A stretch of DNA of 64,000 nucleotides from Cycas panzhihuaensis (Eukaryota; Plantae; Cycadophyta), in assembly GCA_023213395.1 (NCBI GenBank), contig CM041465.1, positions 147,815,741-147,879,740 on the forward strand. The letters are read 5' to 3'. Below, piece after piece: positions 50,173 to 64,000 of this stretch. A program made the position numbers and the translations under genes. The notes below the pieces were generated by a model. It worked only from the letters and a program-made list of their open reading frames with translations. It did no database searches and was not told where the DNA came from. Numbering within the stretch: position 1 is the stretch's first letter; every line of letters begins with the position of its first letter.

Positions 50173-52784
50173 TGTAGTGAGCTCAACTCTCATACAACAA
50201 AGATGATCACATTCACAATAGATAATTGATATATTCACATAAGAAGTCTCCATAATAATAATTGAACAAACATACAACTCACTCATCTAATAGGGTTCCA
50301 ACAATGACATACAATACATAGTCTATATAATAATCATAACAATAATGGAAATAATAATAATTGATAATAGAACTTGATATAATGCCCTACAATATTAATG
50401 CCCTTTGAGTCAAGGGATGTCCTCCAATTTGGCATAGTGTGCCCTAATGGCACAAGGCCATTCTTCCATACAATATTGAATTCTCCAAGATGATCACAAA
50501 TGACTAAGGCTCCCCTATTTATAACCTTATTTTTCTCTCTAAACCAACTACTAATTCTTTCTTAAAAAACTAACTTCATAATATATTAAATAATAATTCT
50601 TCCTTAATCCTCTAAAAATCGACTTCGCCTGTGCCTTTAGAATGTAGGAACATAACAACTCTCCCCTTCATGAAATACTTCACCCTTGAAGTATGGGTAG
50701 TTACTTGTAGCGCTATTTGGTCTAAAGTTTGACCAATTTTTCCACCACTTGCCAAGTCCTATATGTCATATAAATTTGATCTAGTCTTGCGCATTCTGTT
50801 GGGAATTGTTCACATGTACCTGGGACCATGTATTGGATCTTGTCCTGTATTAAAGTGATCCTAGAACCCATGTGGTGCCCTAGATGCTTGGCATTGGTCT
50901 TGTTTTGTGTTTATACATTTTGTTCACTGATGACATGGCTTATGGAATGAGAGGTGATTAGAATACTAAGAAAATTTGTGGGGAGGGTTGTGATAGAGTT
51001 TGGAAAAGAATTGATCATGAAGATCATAAAGTGATTATTGTTTAGCATAAGAGGTGGGGTTCTAAGGGAAGATCAACCATAGATTTAAAGGCATAGAAAA
51101 TAGGAATGGAAGAGATAAACTGTAGGAAGTATATGAGGTTTGGAAATTGATTCAAATAGTAATTTGGGTTAATAAGGTGTTCATTGAATCGTTAGAATTT
51201 TCAATGGAAAAAGATAGATGCAGAACTAGGGATAGATGCTCTTTATGGGAGAAATATTTTAATGGTGGTTTAGAAACAATGGTAGAATTATATGAGTGAA
51301 TTAGTGATAGGTGCTCTTTATGGGAAAAATATTTTAATGGGTGCTCAGAGACAAGGGTAGGACTATATGTAGGACCTAATGGAAAAAAATAATGTTGGTG
51401 GTATAGAATTGTGGGTAGTTAGAACAAACTAAATGAGTTATTAGAAGGGCTAATTATCGTATTAGGTGATGAAACCTGATGAAGGGAGGATGGAAGGGTT
51501 AGAACATTCTACTGAGGAAAGTTACTAGGGAATGATGAAACATACAAATAGAGAGTTGAATTAAGGTTGTGAAGAGGGATTGGAATTTGTCTTATGAAGA
51601 ATATGGAGTTTAGGGGATTAGGGGTTTGGGCAACTATGGGACAAGTGGAAGAGGGTTATTGTACAACTATTGAGCATGGAAATGAGAGAGGACAAATGAA
51701 ACTACTAAATGAAATGTGCATGTGCAAAATAAGCTAAAGAATCATGTTAAGTACTTTATGGGATTCGCCTAGTTGCTTGGCTTCTTCTGCATCTTGCTGA
51801 AGCTCTTCCTCAATCTCATCCTCGGTCTCAACTAGAATCTCATTGGACTCTTCTACCTTATGATCGACCATGATTTTCCCCTATTTTATGTCTTCAAGAT
51901 TGTGGTGTTGTCCCTTCTGAATCAGTTCCTCTTCTGTTCTTGGAAGGACTCCTGGATTTGTCTATCCAAGGTTGGTTCTTCATCTCCTCTGAACATGTCT
52001 ACTTGTTTCAGTTCTTTGGCATCTTCACACTGATCGTGCACCTGTGTTTTCTCTTCTTCCATTTGTTCATCCACTTCCTTCACCTTTTTGGCCTCTTTAA
52101 AGTTCTTATGCACCTACTTCCATCAGTCAATGTCTACTTTAAAAGAAGCTTGAAAATAATACAAATTGCATGGAAATATTTTTCTGCCATAACTAAACCA
52201 ATTAATAAACTAATCAAGAGCCTCTCCTCTCAAGTATTGATCAACACATGGAACATGCATTTCAAACTCTATATCTGGTCAGATTACACAATACTTGTGA
52301 CCTGTTGAAGCCATTGCATAACTAACATGCTTCCTCTAGGGGAGAAGTTTGGGACATCAAAAAATTTTACCTTTAAGCGCATCCTTTCTAGACTTTTTGT
52401 TAATAACCCATTTTTCTTCTAGATTTAATATAGCTACAACTTCATGGGTTCAATTCTACACCATGCAATAGTCAAAACTATCATATAGACCACCCAAAAC
52501 GATCGTCTTTGAACTAGGATTCCAACAGTTTAAACAACACTACAATCTATTACCCGTAGCTTGAATTATGGATGAAAGTGTCCATGTATCATGTTTGAAA
52601 AGTGAACTAAAAAAATAAAATTAAATAGAAGATTTTTTTTTTTAAAAGTAGCCCCTTTTAAGATTTTGCCCCTAGTCACTTAAAAATCACCATGTGACCA
52701 CCTACTAATTGACTAGAGGATAATTCTTCCTTAATACTCTAAAAATTGACTTCACATGTTCTTTTAGAATTTAGGAACATAATA
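50173..52784 (-). mobile_element. Related non-autonomous element G2 nested in G; 5' LTR mostly deleted
   Basis: LTR 50173-50657 with PPT; 52720-52784 repeats 50593-50657; the 3' internal end matches 49398-49450; host sequence continues across ggaag|...|gaag. Confidence 0.78.
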
Positions 52785-53303
52785 TTGAAGCTTAGAGCCT
52801 CTTGGTGAGGAAATTCTCTAGGGGTGAAGAAGGGTACAAGCTGTGAAAATAGCTACAGTTGTGAAAAGGGACTAAGATTCCTGCTATGAAGAATCTAGAG
52901 TTAAGGGCCTTAGGAGTTTGGATAGTTGAAGGATAACGGAAAGAGGTTTTCATTATCATTACTAAGCATGGAAATAAAAGAGAAGAAAGAAACTACCAAA
53001 ATAAATGTGCTTGTGCAAAACAAAATCAAGAACGATGTCAAATCCCTTGTTGGATTTGCTGAACTACATGAATGCTTTGTCACTACATGAGGGGTACAAA
53101 GATTGAAAAGTATGGACTAGATATGGAACTTCTCTTTGAAGGAAAAGTTCTTGATTGATTCTTTACATGGGATATAAATCAAAAAATACTCTAATGGTTG
53201 GTCATGGTTTCGAATTGCATTTTTCACAAAATGTGGCCAGTGGAAACAAGACAAAGGAATTCAAAATAACTTAGTCCAAAAAGGGCCAGAAGATGTTGGG
53301 TAG

Positions 53304-53672
53304 TGTTAACCGATGCAAATATTAAATTGTTGTAGCTACCTATTTGATGTACACTAGGAGGTCATAGCGTACACACTTTATGTAATTAGTCATTGATTAA
53401 TTAAGTAGCTTTTGTATTGTGATTAGACAACCAAGTGGTGATATGCATTATAAATACATATTGGTTTAACATAATACAATTGGAAGTGGTCATTTCTCAC
53501 AAGTAGCTTATGTTATATGTTTGTACATATTATTCCTTATTTACTCACCTGCTTTTTCTTTAATATTTCATAGTCTTGTATGATCTTGGACTTGTGTTGG
53601 CATACATGTTTATGGATTGGTATAAGAGATAATTGTGTGCCTATTTTATTTCTTTTCATATGGTATTAGAGC
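53304..53672 (+). mobile_element. LTR plus iMet PBS of another truncated element (leader continues to ~55100)
   Basis: tgttaacc...ttttcata then tggtattagagc (53661-53672); tataaat near 53449; left boundary uncertain. Confidence 0.65.
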
Positions 53673-56322
53673 TAGGATTTTAGTTCTATGAGAAGCCATT
53701 TGTTGAGTAAGAGCTAGGTCTATCAGAGCCCTAAGTTTGAACTTGATTTGACCTTAGTTAGGCTGTAAGACTACGAGAGACCCATCTGTCAAAGGTTTAT
53801 TCTAAATTTGTTTTAAGAATGCTTATTTATGACCAATGAGGGGGGTAGTTAGCCTGTTTGTCAAGTGAGGTTTTATTATAGGTTGTGGATGGTTTTGAAC
53901 CACATTTTATAGGGCACCTAGGGCATGTTGGTGTCATGAACCTTAAGCGTGTTGGTCCCTAAGCGTAAAAATCTAGTCGAAGTGCAGTTGTTGTGATTAT
54001 CCTGAATCCCACAAAAGTTTGCTACTATTTTTAATTCATTTTTAAATTGGTTATTTGCATGTTTTTCTAGTATACATGTAGGTGTTGCATGGAGTTTGAC
54101 AGTGGGGCTTCAGATGCAGGTTTGATCACTTTATGAAGCTAGTAATGTGGCAAAAAAACCACAATTTTGCCCTTTGTTGTGTTGGCTAGAATTGAGTGCT
54201 GCAACATGGTTTAGAGTAACAGACAATTTATTGGCTCATGTGAAGATACTAGCATGTTTGGGGCTTTGAAGTAGAACTTAATAATTGAGAGAGCCTATAC
54301 ATGTGAAGGAAATTTTGTTAGCAGTGTGAGAGTGCAATGAAGAGATAAAGTTCATTGGGCTTTGTTGGGCACATCCCATTAATAAGTTGGAGGTTATTGG
54401 TCGTCGTTTGATGATGAGAAGTTGCGTGGCCGATTTGTTGAATAGATTTCATGTAAATTGTTGTTCACTCCCTTGTTTTTGATCTAGAGTAGAAATAGGC
54501 AGGGTTTGTGATGGAAATCTGAGAGATCTGAGATGTGGACAAAGTTTGTAGGCTATTATAAAAGCTATGGTTGTGTGCCAACGAAGTACCAAGGGTTTGT
54601 ATAGATTTGATGGAGAATTAGGCTTCCTCCCCCACCCCGCCTCCTCCCCCCTTATTTCATTCATGTTTGGCTCTATTGGCCATTGTAGATGATAGATTAG
54701 TGAAATTGGCAGCTTGTTGAGGAGTGTTAATGTTGTTGGGCATATGTTTTGGCAATTTCAGAGGTTGGGCAGTTCATTAGGAAAATTGGATGCCTGTTGG
54801 GAATTTTGAAAAGAATTTGGGTACTTTCAACTGCCATTTTCTTCTGTATGAGCTTATTTTAGGCAAATCTAAGGTGTTTGTTGCACCTAGAGGGTCAAAT
54901 TTACCTAAAAAATTTGCCCTCAGATGCAAATTCATGAAAAATTTATGAGTAGGCACCATCTTTACCCTCACATGTTGCGCGCAGGTCAAAATGATGAAAT
55001 GGCAAAGTTGATTTTGATTCTTTTAATATTTCAAAGTTTTTAAACTTTATAAAATGACATTTAATTATTCTATAATGCTTTTTGAAGTCTGCTAGCACCC
55101 TAAAAGGTCGTATGGAAAATCAAGAGCCAAGATGCAAATAGGCCCTCTCAATTTGCGTGCATGCATATAGGCCCTCTCAATTTACAATACGCAGATCTAT
55201 GCATGTGTATATGTGTTCTTGATCTATGATAACCTTCATAATTATGATAATCGTAAGAATCTCACAATTGTGTATCCCCTTTGTCCAGCCTGTGTTGCAT
55301 GTTGGATCACCCAAAATTATATCTTGGATCTGCATTGTGCTTTAGTGGTCCACCACCCCCTCTCCAATGCGATTGATCTCTTAATGGATAACTATCATGA
55401 TGGCATTAGTGAATGATTTTTGTAATGTCAGATCCTACCTTGCAAAGTTCCCTCGCTTTTGTTCTTCGTCCTTCAATGTTTGCAAACTCGTCTTCGTACT
55501 TGGGTGGGAACAATGTTGTCTAGGCTACAATTTCTGGTTTGAGAAAGCTTGCTCCCTCCATGTTTATAGATCTTCAACCACTCATAAGTTTTGACACAAG
55601 TCCCATCTTCAAATTATTTGAGTTCGATTTCTAATCTTGGGCAACCTGCGTTGCAATATGGTCTATTATCTCTCACCTTTAAATCTCCAATGAGGTTTAT
55701 TACCTTCAAATCTAGATGGCCTTACTAGGGCATTGATAGTCCTATGATTGCCTCAAAATTTGTCTTCCTCCAACAAATGATTGGACGAAGATTTTCTTCT
55801 AACTTCTGAGTGGAACTCGAGACTTGTATCCTTGTTGAAATTGTCAACACATACCTCAATTTTCTAGAGTTGAGTGTTGTTATGATCAATACTATAGTTT
55901 ATTCCACAAATTACACACCAATCTGAAATGGTTAATCTTCAAATGTCGCTCTGATATTGGTTGTGGCGATGCCCACAGAAAATTGACAGAAAATACAACA
56001 TCCACACCAAAATAATTGAAAAAAATAATAACTCAATAGAGATAATACCAACAATTCATATTGATATCAAATTTGCATATAAAATAATAACTCATAGCAT
56101 CAAATATACAACCAAAGACACTATTTAGAATAATAGATATTAGATGAAGTCTTAATAATAGATGAAAGAAATATCATAATAATGACCCTCTTTGAGGGGA
56201 GGATTTCCTCTAAAATGGCACAACAATGCCCTAATGGCTCTAGGCCATTAGTCCAGATTGAATATCAAATTCTCTAAGTTGCTTTATAAATGAATAATAC
56301 TTCCTATTTATAGCCCTATTTT

Positions 56323-56690
56323 TGTTGATGGAATGGATCTAGGGATCTAGTGCACTAACACTACACAATGGCAAATAGTGGAGATGAGCACAATGTACTC
56401 AATAAGAGAAATGTTAATAGCTTGAGTTCAAAGAGGAGAAGTGAAGAATATGATCACTCTCCATATAATTTCATCTTATATAATGAGAATACTCATTAAG
56501 GTTTGGAATTTGAGTTTTCCCTCCCAGTGACATTCAGATGAGATTATATGAAATTATAATGAAATGAACTTTATATCATTTCACTTAAGTGACTTAAGCA
56601 TAATCACCTTATCCTAAAGTTACAAACATAAAAGTGACTTTATCTAATTCTAACTTTATGAAATGACCATGTGACATTAACATCGTCACA
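56323..56690 (-). mobile_element. Solo LTR inserted in the 5' LTR of element G
   Basis: Absent from the partner LTR (tagctctatgtttactc at 49275-49291); tgttg...tcaca; TSD atttt/acttt. Confidence 0.8.
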
Positions 56691-59600
56691 ACTTTTACTC
56701 TTTCTCTAAAATCAAACTTCTTTTCTCTTCTCAATTTACCAACTTCACATTAATGATATTCTTCTTCAAAGAAACTGACTTCACATAACTAGGAAGGCAA
56801 CAAATAGGATCCATCTTTTAGTTTAGAGACTAAAAGCAAGATGTCATTTTCCTCCATAGAATTTGAGAGCCAAAGATTTAACATAAGGTCTAAATAGCTT
56901 TGAAGGCCTAGTCCACCCACTCTAGCTCATACTTAAATGTGATGAATTGAGTCATTTGCAAAGTAGCCATTAACTAGTCAATTACTTGAATCCCCTGACA
57001 AAGCAACAACAACCTCGATTGACCTTGACTTGTACCAAGTACCCTAGAGTGCTTGTTGCAAGGACATATAAGGATGAAGAAAGTAGACAACTTTGCATAA
57101 TAGAGTGCCTCTACTACATTGATCAAGTAATTGTTTTATTGATGGATATGCATGCAAATGCCTCAACAAACTAGGTTCATATTATTCTTCCAAATATGCT
57201 CCTAAATCCTAAGGCATCTTTCTTTTTATCAATAAGACCCACTTTGTTATATCATAAGCTTTCTCAAAATCTATATTCATGAGCAAAGTGTCATGTTTAA
57301 GAACTCTAGCCCACCCCATACCTTTACAAAGATCAATAAGATTGTCTAGTGTATATCAACTTTTGATAAATCTCTTTTGTTTTGGTCGAACTACCTTTGG
57401 AAGGATGTGGTTGAGCTATTTAACCAAGGTTTTGGTTAAAATTTTCTATGAGGCATTTAACGAAGCGATCGATTATGAGTTTGTAATCAATTTTGGGTCT
57501 CTTCTCTTTGGGATGAGCTTGATCTTGCCTTGATTAATCTTGCTCCCTAAAGAGCCTAGCTCAAAGGCCTCCTTATAGTCTTGGATAGGGGTTGATCTAG
57601 CATACTCTTGGTTTAACTTATAAAATTTGCATGGGAAATCGTTGACTCTAGGCACTATCTCATTTTCCATTTCACAGAAAGCATCATTAATTTCCTCTAA
57701 GTTGGCTAGTTCCCCACATGCTTCTCCCCAAGTCAAATTAGTGTTAACTAGGACCACTTGGAGGCATTCCTCAAGCTTATCATCTTCTTCTTGTGAACAA
57801 GGTTGGGCCTTCAGAACTTGAGCATAATGTGCTAATAATTTCTTTGTAGTTTCTTTCATAGAGGTGGTTTTGTTGGGAGGATTTTTCAGTGCTTTCATAA
57901 CTTTAATTGCATGCTTACTTCACAAGGCTTAGGGGATAAAAATGGAAACTTTGAACATCTATCTCTTTTGTTAATCCAATGAGCACAAGCCTATATTTAA
58001 GCACCTTTAGCTCTTCATTTCTTGACCACTATCAACTCATGGGTCACCCAAGTAGCTTATTTTTTTAGATTTTCATCAAAGGGGTTTGACTCGAGATGTG
58101 CTATAATGTCTACTATTCTCCTAGAGTTGAACCTCATTGTCGCCCTGCTTATCAAGGAAACCTGCTTACCATATCCCCTAAGGTATCAGGCAATCCTACT
58201 TATATCTTCTTCCTACTAAACTATCCATCCTCTCTCCCCTCTAAGGAAAGGTGACAAGTGCCATATTTATTTGATGTTATTTAAATGAATCATGGAGGAT
58301 AGATGAAGATTGTTAATCTTAAAGGATGAAACTATAAGTGAGGGTTCTCTCTATCCCCCAAGAAAGGACAAATAAGATAGGACAATGATGTGACAATGGC
58401 ATCTCACTCAAAACCTTTACATGTCTACTCTCTCGATGGAGAATCTAAGAGTGGTTATCATTGGATATCTAGAACAATCAAGTCTTTTAAGTACTCTATC
58501 ATGCTTGGCCTGTGGATTGGATCATGTGAACAATGCATCGTGGCCCTCACTCCTACCACTAGTATCAAGATCATATAAAGAGAATTTATTTTTCAAAGTC
58601 AATTGTATGCATAGTAATTGGTATATGGGAACTTGAAATAGTCAAGAATGGCCTCAGAGACGGCTCCAAAAGTAGAATGTCTAAAGTGAGTAGGAAAAAC
58701 ACCCTTTGGAATAGTTGGAATGGCTAGAATGGCTATAGTTCTGAGTTTCTGCTCTTAGGAAATAGTTGCTAGTGTATCACAAAATGAAAACAACTAGAGG
58801 AGAACATAAACCACCAAACAAAAATGGGATTAGTTCTTCACCATTTTAGCAGCTACAATAGAAATTGGTCATATGGACATCTAAACATACTAAAACAACA
58901 CAATTAATAGTGTAATTAAAGTTTTTGCTATGAAAGATCAAAGTCATTTGTAATGGTTGTGACCTTTAGATCAAAATGGTCATAATATAGATATAAATAG
59001 GACATTCTCACCCCAATTTCAATGTGAGAGTTGAGCATGCAAGCATACCCAAAGGTGAAACATTCTTAAAGCATTGTACTTGGCAATTAATTAATGTAAT
59101 ATTAAGTATTATGAAAGAATGTGCATTGTATTCATAAGTATGTTTATATGAAGTGTTTCCTATATGTTGTATCTATGTATATAGAAGTACTAACATGTAG
59201 CGATAAGTTAGTAATGTATGTGGGGCTTGGAGATGTGGTGATCAACATTAAGGTGAAGTTGACACATGACTTCAGCATGAACGGACAATTTTAGAATGAA
59301 TGGTATGTTATGATTCAAGTCAACATTGGTTTTGCTACTAAATTTCTTGTATAAACAAGAACTCAAGTTTGTGCAGGGATGGGAGTGCATGTTCAAAGAC
59401 TTGAGGAACTTGATTGTCAACATGATGGCAATTTCTAACTAAACCATGACATTTAGGAGACCCTTTAATCTCACCTAAGGAGCCTTCAAGTAAGGGAATT
59501 TTGAAGTCAAGCTTGATAAAGGGCAATGCGTTGGGCCAAGGAGAGCAAAGCATGATGAGCACAAAGAAGGGGGGTGCTATTGAAGAAGGGGACTATGGAT

Positions 59601-60099
59601 AGGTCTAATAATATATCAAAGGAGGGTTGTTTGTTGATGCCATTAGTTGTCAGAAGTGTCAAAGGCACAAGAATAATGAAGACAACTGTGGAAACATAAG
59701 AGGCCAACATGTTTGACCTTGATAGAATAAAGACAACCATTGAGAGCAACTCTGCTCTAAACGAAAGCTCAAAGAGCACGAGTGAAAATGATGAAAGGTA
59801 AGGAAGCTCCAGTGGCAACTTGGGAGAACTACTTTTCAAAGAAGTTATTTGATACACCACCAAAGCCATGGGACTTCAAATTTCTAATTCAAACATCATT
59901 AGTAATTCAAATTTAGGGTATAGAGACAATTATCTAATTGAAGACACCACACAATAATTTGCTATTTAAAAATAATGAGAAGGCAATGCTTGGTCCAAAT
60001 TCGTCATTATAATCCACTAACATGACAATTGCAAATACGCCATGTGTCATTACACCACACAAGATGATGGAACCCTCATCTTTAATTGGCTATCATAAT

Positions 60100-63000
60100 G
60101 AAAGTGCTTTCAACTAAGTCACCTTTGATGGAACTGTAGATGTCACAAAACATCTATACCTCTCTAAGAATATGATAGCAAGAAGATTGAGGATGAGGTA
60201 GACATTAATGGAAAGTTTCCCTGCACCCTAAGAGAAGTCACATTAGTTTGGTGTAAGATGCTAAAACCAAACCATGGGGAACAATTGCAAAGGAATTTCA
60301 AGAGAGATTCCAAAAGCTCTAATGTAATAAAGCAGTAGTTTAAGCATTAGAAAATATTAGATAATTGACGGAAGAATCCGACTTAGATTTCACGAGGCAA
60401 ATGGTCATCAATGTTGAAAATATGATTGGTCGAGAGAGAGTGCTACACTACTTAATGAAGAGCTACTTCATGAATGGTTCACAACCTAAACTATGGGATT
60501 CTATGAAGCAACATCCTAGTAAGACTTTTGCCAAACCTAAGGAGTTGGCAATGGAATTTGAAAGAGAAATGAATTTAGAAGACATCGATAAATAAGACAT
60601 GATGTTGAAAATATTACATGATGAAATAAAAGAACTCCATCCAAAGAAGGCCTACAAGACAATACCTATGGATGAAACTTTAGAAGAGGAAGCATTAAGG
60701 GAAGAAATAACCCAATTGAAATTACAATTAAAGAAAAATAAACTTGTGAAGGGAAAAGAGAAACCCAACAACAATCCACGAACATGGGTAAACACAGAGG
60801 AAAACTAATGCCCCACCTATGAATCCACGATGTATAACTTGCGAGATTGTTACTACACTGGACACCGTAACAATATGGGACACAAACATTAAGGAAGAGG
60901 AGAAACGAGGCCATATTACTCTATCAAAATGACACTTGATCGTCATCAAAATAAGAAAATAACAATCGAATGCTTATTCTATCTCAAATTTGGACATTAG
61001 AGCTTGGAATACTCATTTGAGATAATACACTTATGTTTGTGCAAAGTACGTGTTGTGTAATCACCCTACAAATAGATGTCCCCTAAATGTCAAATTTGTG
61101 ATCTTAGTTTGGTAGTACTTGATTTGCCAAAATTAGGGAATCTTCAAATGAAAAATGGGTTGAATACAGAGCTTAAGGAAAAAAATATAGATTACCAAAA
61201 CCCTAAGTTGGAAATAGATTGGTTTGTCAAAGGAACAACTAAAGAAGAAAAAGTTAAGTGCCTCCCTCTAATCTAACCTTAAATAAAATGAATAAGAGGA
61301 GGTAATCCTCAAAGAGAAAAGAGGAAAAAATGTCATCAAGGTTGCCACCCACATTCCCAAGACTACTACTCACACTGGAATCTATGGAGTTATTCAACGC
61401 CATCCCCGAAAGAACTTCTTGATGATGTCAGGCTTATTAGAAAGCTTAGCAAAGCAACTTTGGTTAACAATCCCATTAACACAACTAATCCAATGGCTCA
61501 AGACAAGGATACTGCAAGAAAGAGATTCAAAGGGTATCATAAAAAATATGAATAAGTACTATCATTATTTGACAAAGATCTTAAAGTCATTGTCAACATC
61601 CCACAATGTAATCATACATGGTAGTTTAACAATTAACTTGCTTCTAGCTCAGACTTAGAGAAAATTAGGAAGCTCGTCATTGAAATCTATGGGTTATTCC
61701 TTAAAGTTGGCAAATGAACTTTAGGTACAACCCTTAGGGCTACTTTTGAACATAAAGGTGGATGTTGCGGGGGTGGTAGTCTCGATTGAATTTACTGTGC
61801 TAGACACTATTAAAGGCATAGTATTGTAATGTTCCCTACTAGGAAGACCATAGTTGTGCAACTCAAGGTGTCAACTAGATTGGGATTGTCGCAATATTAT
61901 GCTTAAGTAGAACAATAAAACTATGACACTCTCAATGGTAAAAATGAATATAATCGAGATTATACTCAATGGTGCATCCAACACAGTGATTGCAAGTGAG
62001 AAGACTGTGTTATCATTTAGCAAACTCATAGCTTATCAGGTAGTAAAGGAAGTAGAAACAATTAATAATTTGTATGAAACATAACCCTATTGGTTTGACG
62101 ACTTCATCTTTATCTACACCCTAAAGTAGGAGACACAAAGTCCTCCTTAGGAAATTGGCTACAAGGGGCATATGAGTTAACTCACCCTTCTTTCCAACGT
62201 GTATTGTTATCAATAACTCATGATATTGATATTAATAATGATAATAATAAAAATATTGATGATCATGAGTGTTGTTAGCACTAGCAATAGAGAGTTAGTA
62301 GTGATTGTCTTACTTTAGGAAGTTCAATTAGTAGTATTAATAGTAAGTTTTTACAAAAACAAACCCTACTAGGTAGAGGACTTAACCAACCCTAAAAATC
62401 CAACTAATAGTAATCCCATCACAGACATAAAAATAAAGATTCAAAAACCCTAATATGAACCTATGGCTAACCTTAGAGTATTCTCAACCCCTACCCCTAA
62501 CCCAGTCCCTACCCCCATCCTACCCTTGTTCTGTTAACTTTGCCTAGGGTAGTCTTAAGGGGAGGCCTCTAGCCCCACACCCTTATCTTCCCATAGGGTA
62601 GTCTTAAAGGAGACCCTAACTATACCTCATTACCTTGCCATAAGGTGACATCAGAAGTAAGCCCTAGCCCTACCCCTAATCCTCCACCCTCTCCTAGGTT
62701 GATTTCAAATGAAATATTTAGATTCTAACCCTTCCCCTTTAGGATAGAATCAACCAATGCTAACTTAGGTTTAATGATAATTAGGGATGTAGCACCTCCA
62801 TTTCTAGGTGATAAATTAATCGCCACTGATCATCTCATCAAATGCATGGAATATTGGTTGGATTATCAAGTGCTCAACATAAACCAATTGGTGATGGATT
62901 TTGTCACTACCTTGTAGAGCCCTACTTAGTAGTAGTACTTAGTCCATTAAAACCTCTTGCAAGGTTGAGTAAAATTTAATCATGCATTTTCTCTTTAATT

Positions 63001-64000
63001 TAATAAACAAACCATCCACCAAATACTATCCTTTTTTGTTGGAAAATGCCCACTTAGCCATTTACAGAAATGCATAAATCTACAGAGGAAACAAAGCATT
63101 CCTAAGAAATATTAAATCCACTTATTATACCATACCCTAGGTAAAGTAGGTTAGAATTAGTTTATGGTAAGAAAAGGATTGGGGAGGAAATGTGGGAAAA
63201 AGTAAAACCCGTGCTTGTTAAATTATTTTCATATAAATCTTAAAATATGGTTATTAGTAAAATCCTAAGATGCACTTAAAAACTTAGTGTCAAAAGTGAA
63301 ATGCATAGTTGCCATAGGATCGCAGTATTATCAAATAAAAGGAGCCCAAAAGAGTAGGAGGAGGTACATAACTACCCCTTTGAACGCACTAAACTTAGAT
63401 ATGAAGATTGAGAAATAACAAATGTATCTGGCCACAAATTTTACTAGGATAAACAAGTAAAATTTGAAGGATTAAAGACAAAGAAGCTAAACATTGGGAA
63501 GGGTAGTGAACCACATCACATAACAAATCGAGATTATTGGGATAACCATATAGTGCCCTAGCCCAAGTTAAAGCTTTATGTGAAGACTGCCACGATGATT
63601 TTGCATGATTATACAAAGATTTAAAGGGCAACTTTCTTAAAATAGGGAAGCATTGAATAGATTTAATAGAGGGTGTCAAGCCAAGTAAGTAGACATAAAA
63701 CATAATGAATCCCAAATTTAAAGAAAAGGTCAAAATCGAATAGGATAAGATGTTAGAATTAGGGTACTTTTGTGAAGTAGACTATAATGATTAGGTTAGG
63801 TTGGTAGTTGTGATCCCAAAAAAGAATGAGAAAAACATGGTTTGTTTTGACTGCCATCGGCTCAATAAGGTGACAAAAAAAGATATGTTTCTATTACCAT
63901 TCATCGAGGATGTATTGATAATGGTTGGGGAAAAAACAAAATCTACTCGTTTACAAATAAATTTAGCAGGTATAGTTAAGTAAGCATAGTTCCCAAGGAC
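60100..64000 (+). pseudogene. gag-pol: Heavily decayed Ty3/gypsy gag-protease-RT (Athila/Tat-like), runs off the window
   Basis: TFDGTVDV gag start; PLGLLLNIKVDVAGV..FTVLD..LLGRP protease; MNPKFKEKVK..KMLELG..VVIPKKN..VCFDCHRLNKVTKKDMFLLPFIEDVL RT N-terminus. Confidence 0.8.

Larger units (their letters stand above)
48945..56802 (-). mobile_element. Non-autonomous gypsy-derived LTR element G (no recognisable pol)
   Basis: LTRs 48945-49397 and 55962-56802 (the latter with a solo-LTR insert); TSD aattg/aatag; degenerate iMet PBS gctctgatattg (55948-55959); PPT actcccttcccct (49398-49410); LINE on both flanks. Confidence 0.88.
46750..58700 (-). mobile_element. Degenerate L1-type LINE ORF2, split by the LTR element at 48945-56802
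   Basis: T-run (poly-A) near 46750; IWKHRN and HLFWRC (zf-RVT) at 47530-47770; FKFLRIPFG..W...RVEKKL..WSSKFLS (48765-48940); GKIKLIPK and RT motifs at 56810-57700; endonuclease-like remnants near 58300-58700. 5' boundary uncertain. Confidence 0.8.

Noticed and set aside
59507-59869. 120-aa minus-strand ORF as a gene
   Set aside because: No recognisable motif or splice context; lies between decayed LINE and gypsy sequence.
62480-62700. cccta-rich stretch as interstitial telomere repeats
   Set aside because: No tandem CCCTAAA or CCCTAA units; irregular C-rich sequence within a decayed gypsy region.

Overview
Eukaryotic DNA, by inference a large land-plant genome, made up almost entirely of nested, decayed retroelements. 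It holds at least eight Ty1/copia elements or fragments, two Ty3/gypsy pol regions (1-1365 and ~60100-64000), a non-autonomous gypsy-derived LTR family, several solo LTRs with target-site duplications (TSDs), and an L1-type LINE split by an LTR element. Three copia elements have both LTRs, a tRNA-iMet PBS, a PPT and a TSD: 2550-8853, 32910-44636 and the nested 36144-42298. The main non-TE stretch (~27.2-32.9 kb) looks like intron/exon sequence of an unidentified host gene. No intact ORFs, rRNA/tRNA genes or CRISPR arrays were found. The most interesting signals are (1) multi-stem structured 300-400 nt blocks just upstream of the gag AUG in three different copia families, (2) palindromes and hairpins with compensatory changes in one LTR family, which also carries a relic PBS inside the LTR, (3) an LTR flanked by both a PPT and a PBS, (4) a copia with duplicated PPT/PBS signals suggesting an LTR swap, (5) Q-rich Gag tails, and (6) a ~350 bp foldback. 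Alignments, folds and mismatch counts were done by eye and are approximate.
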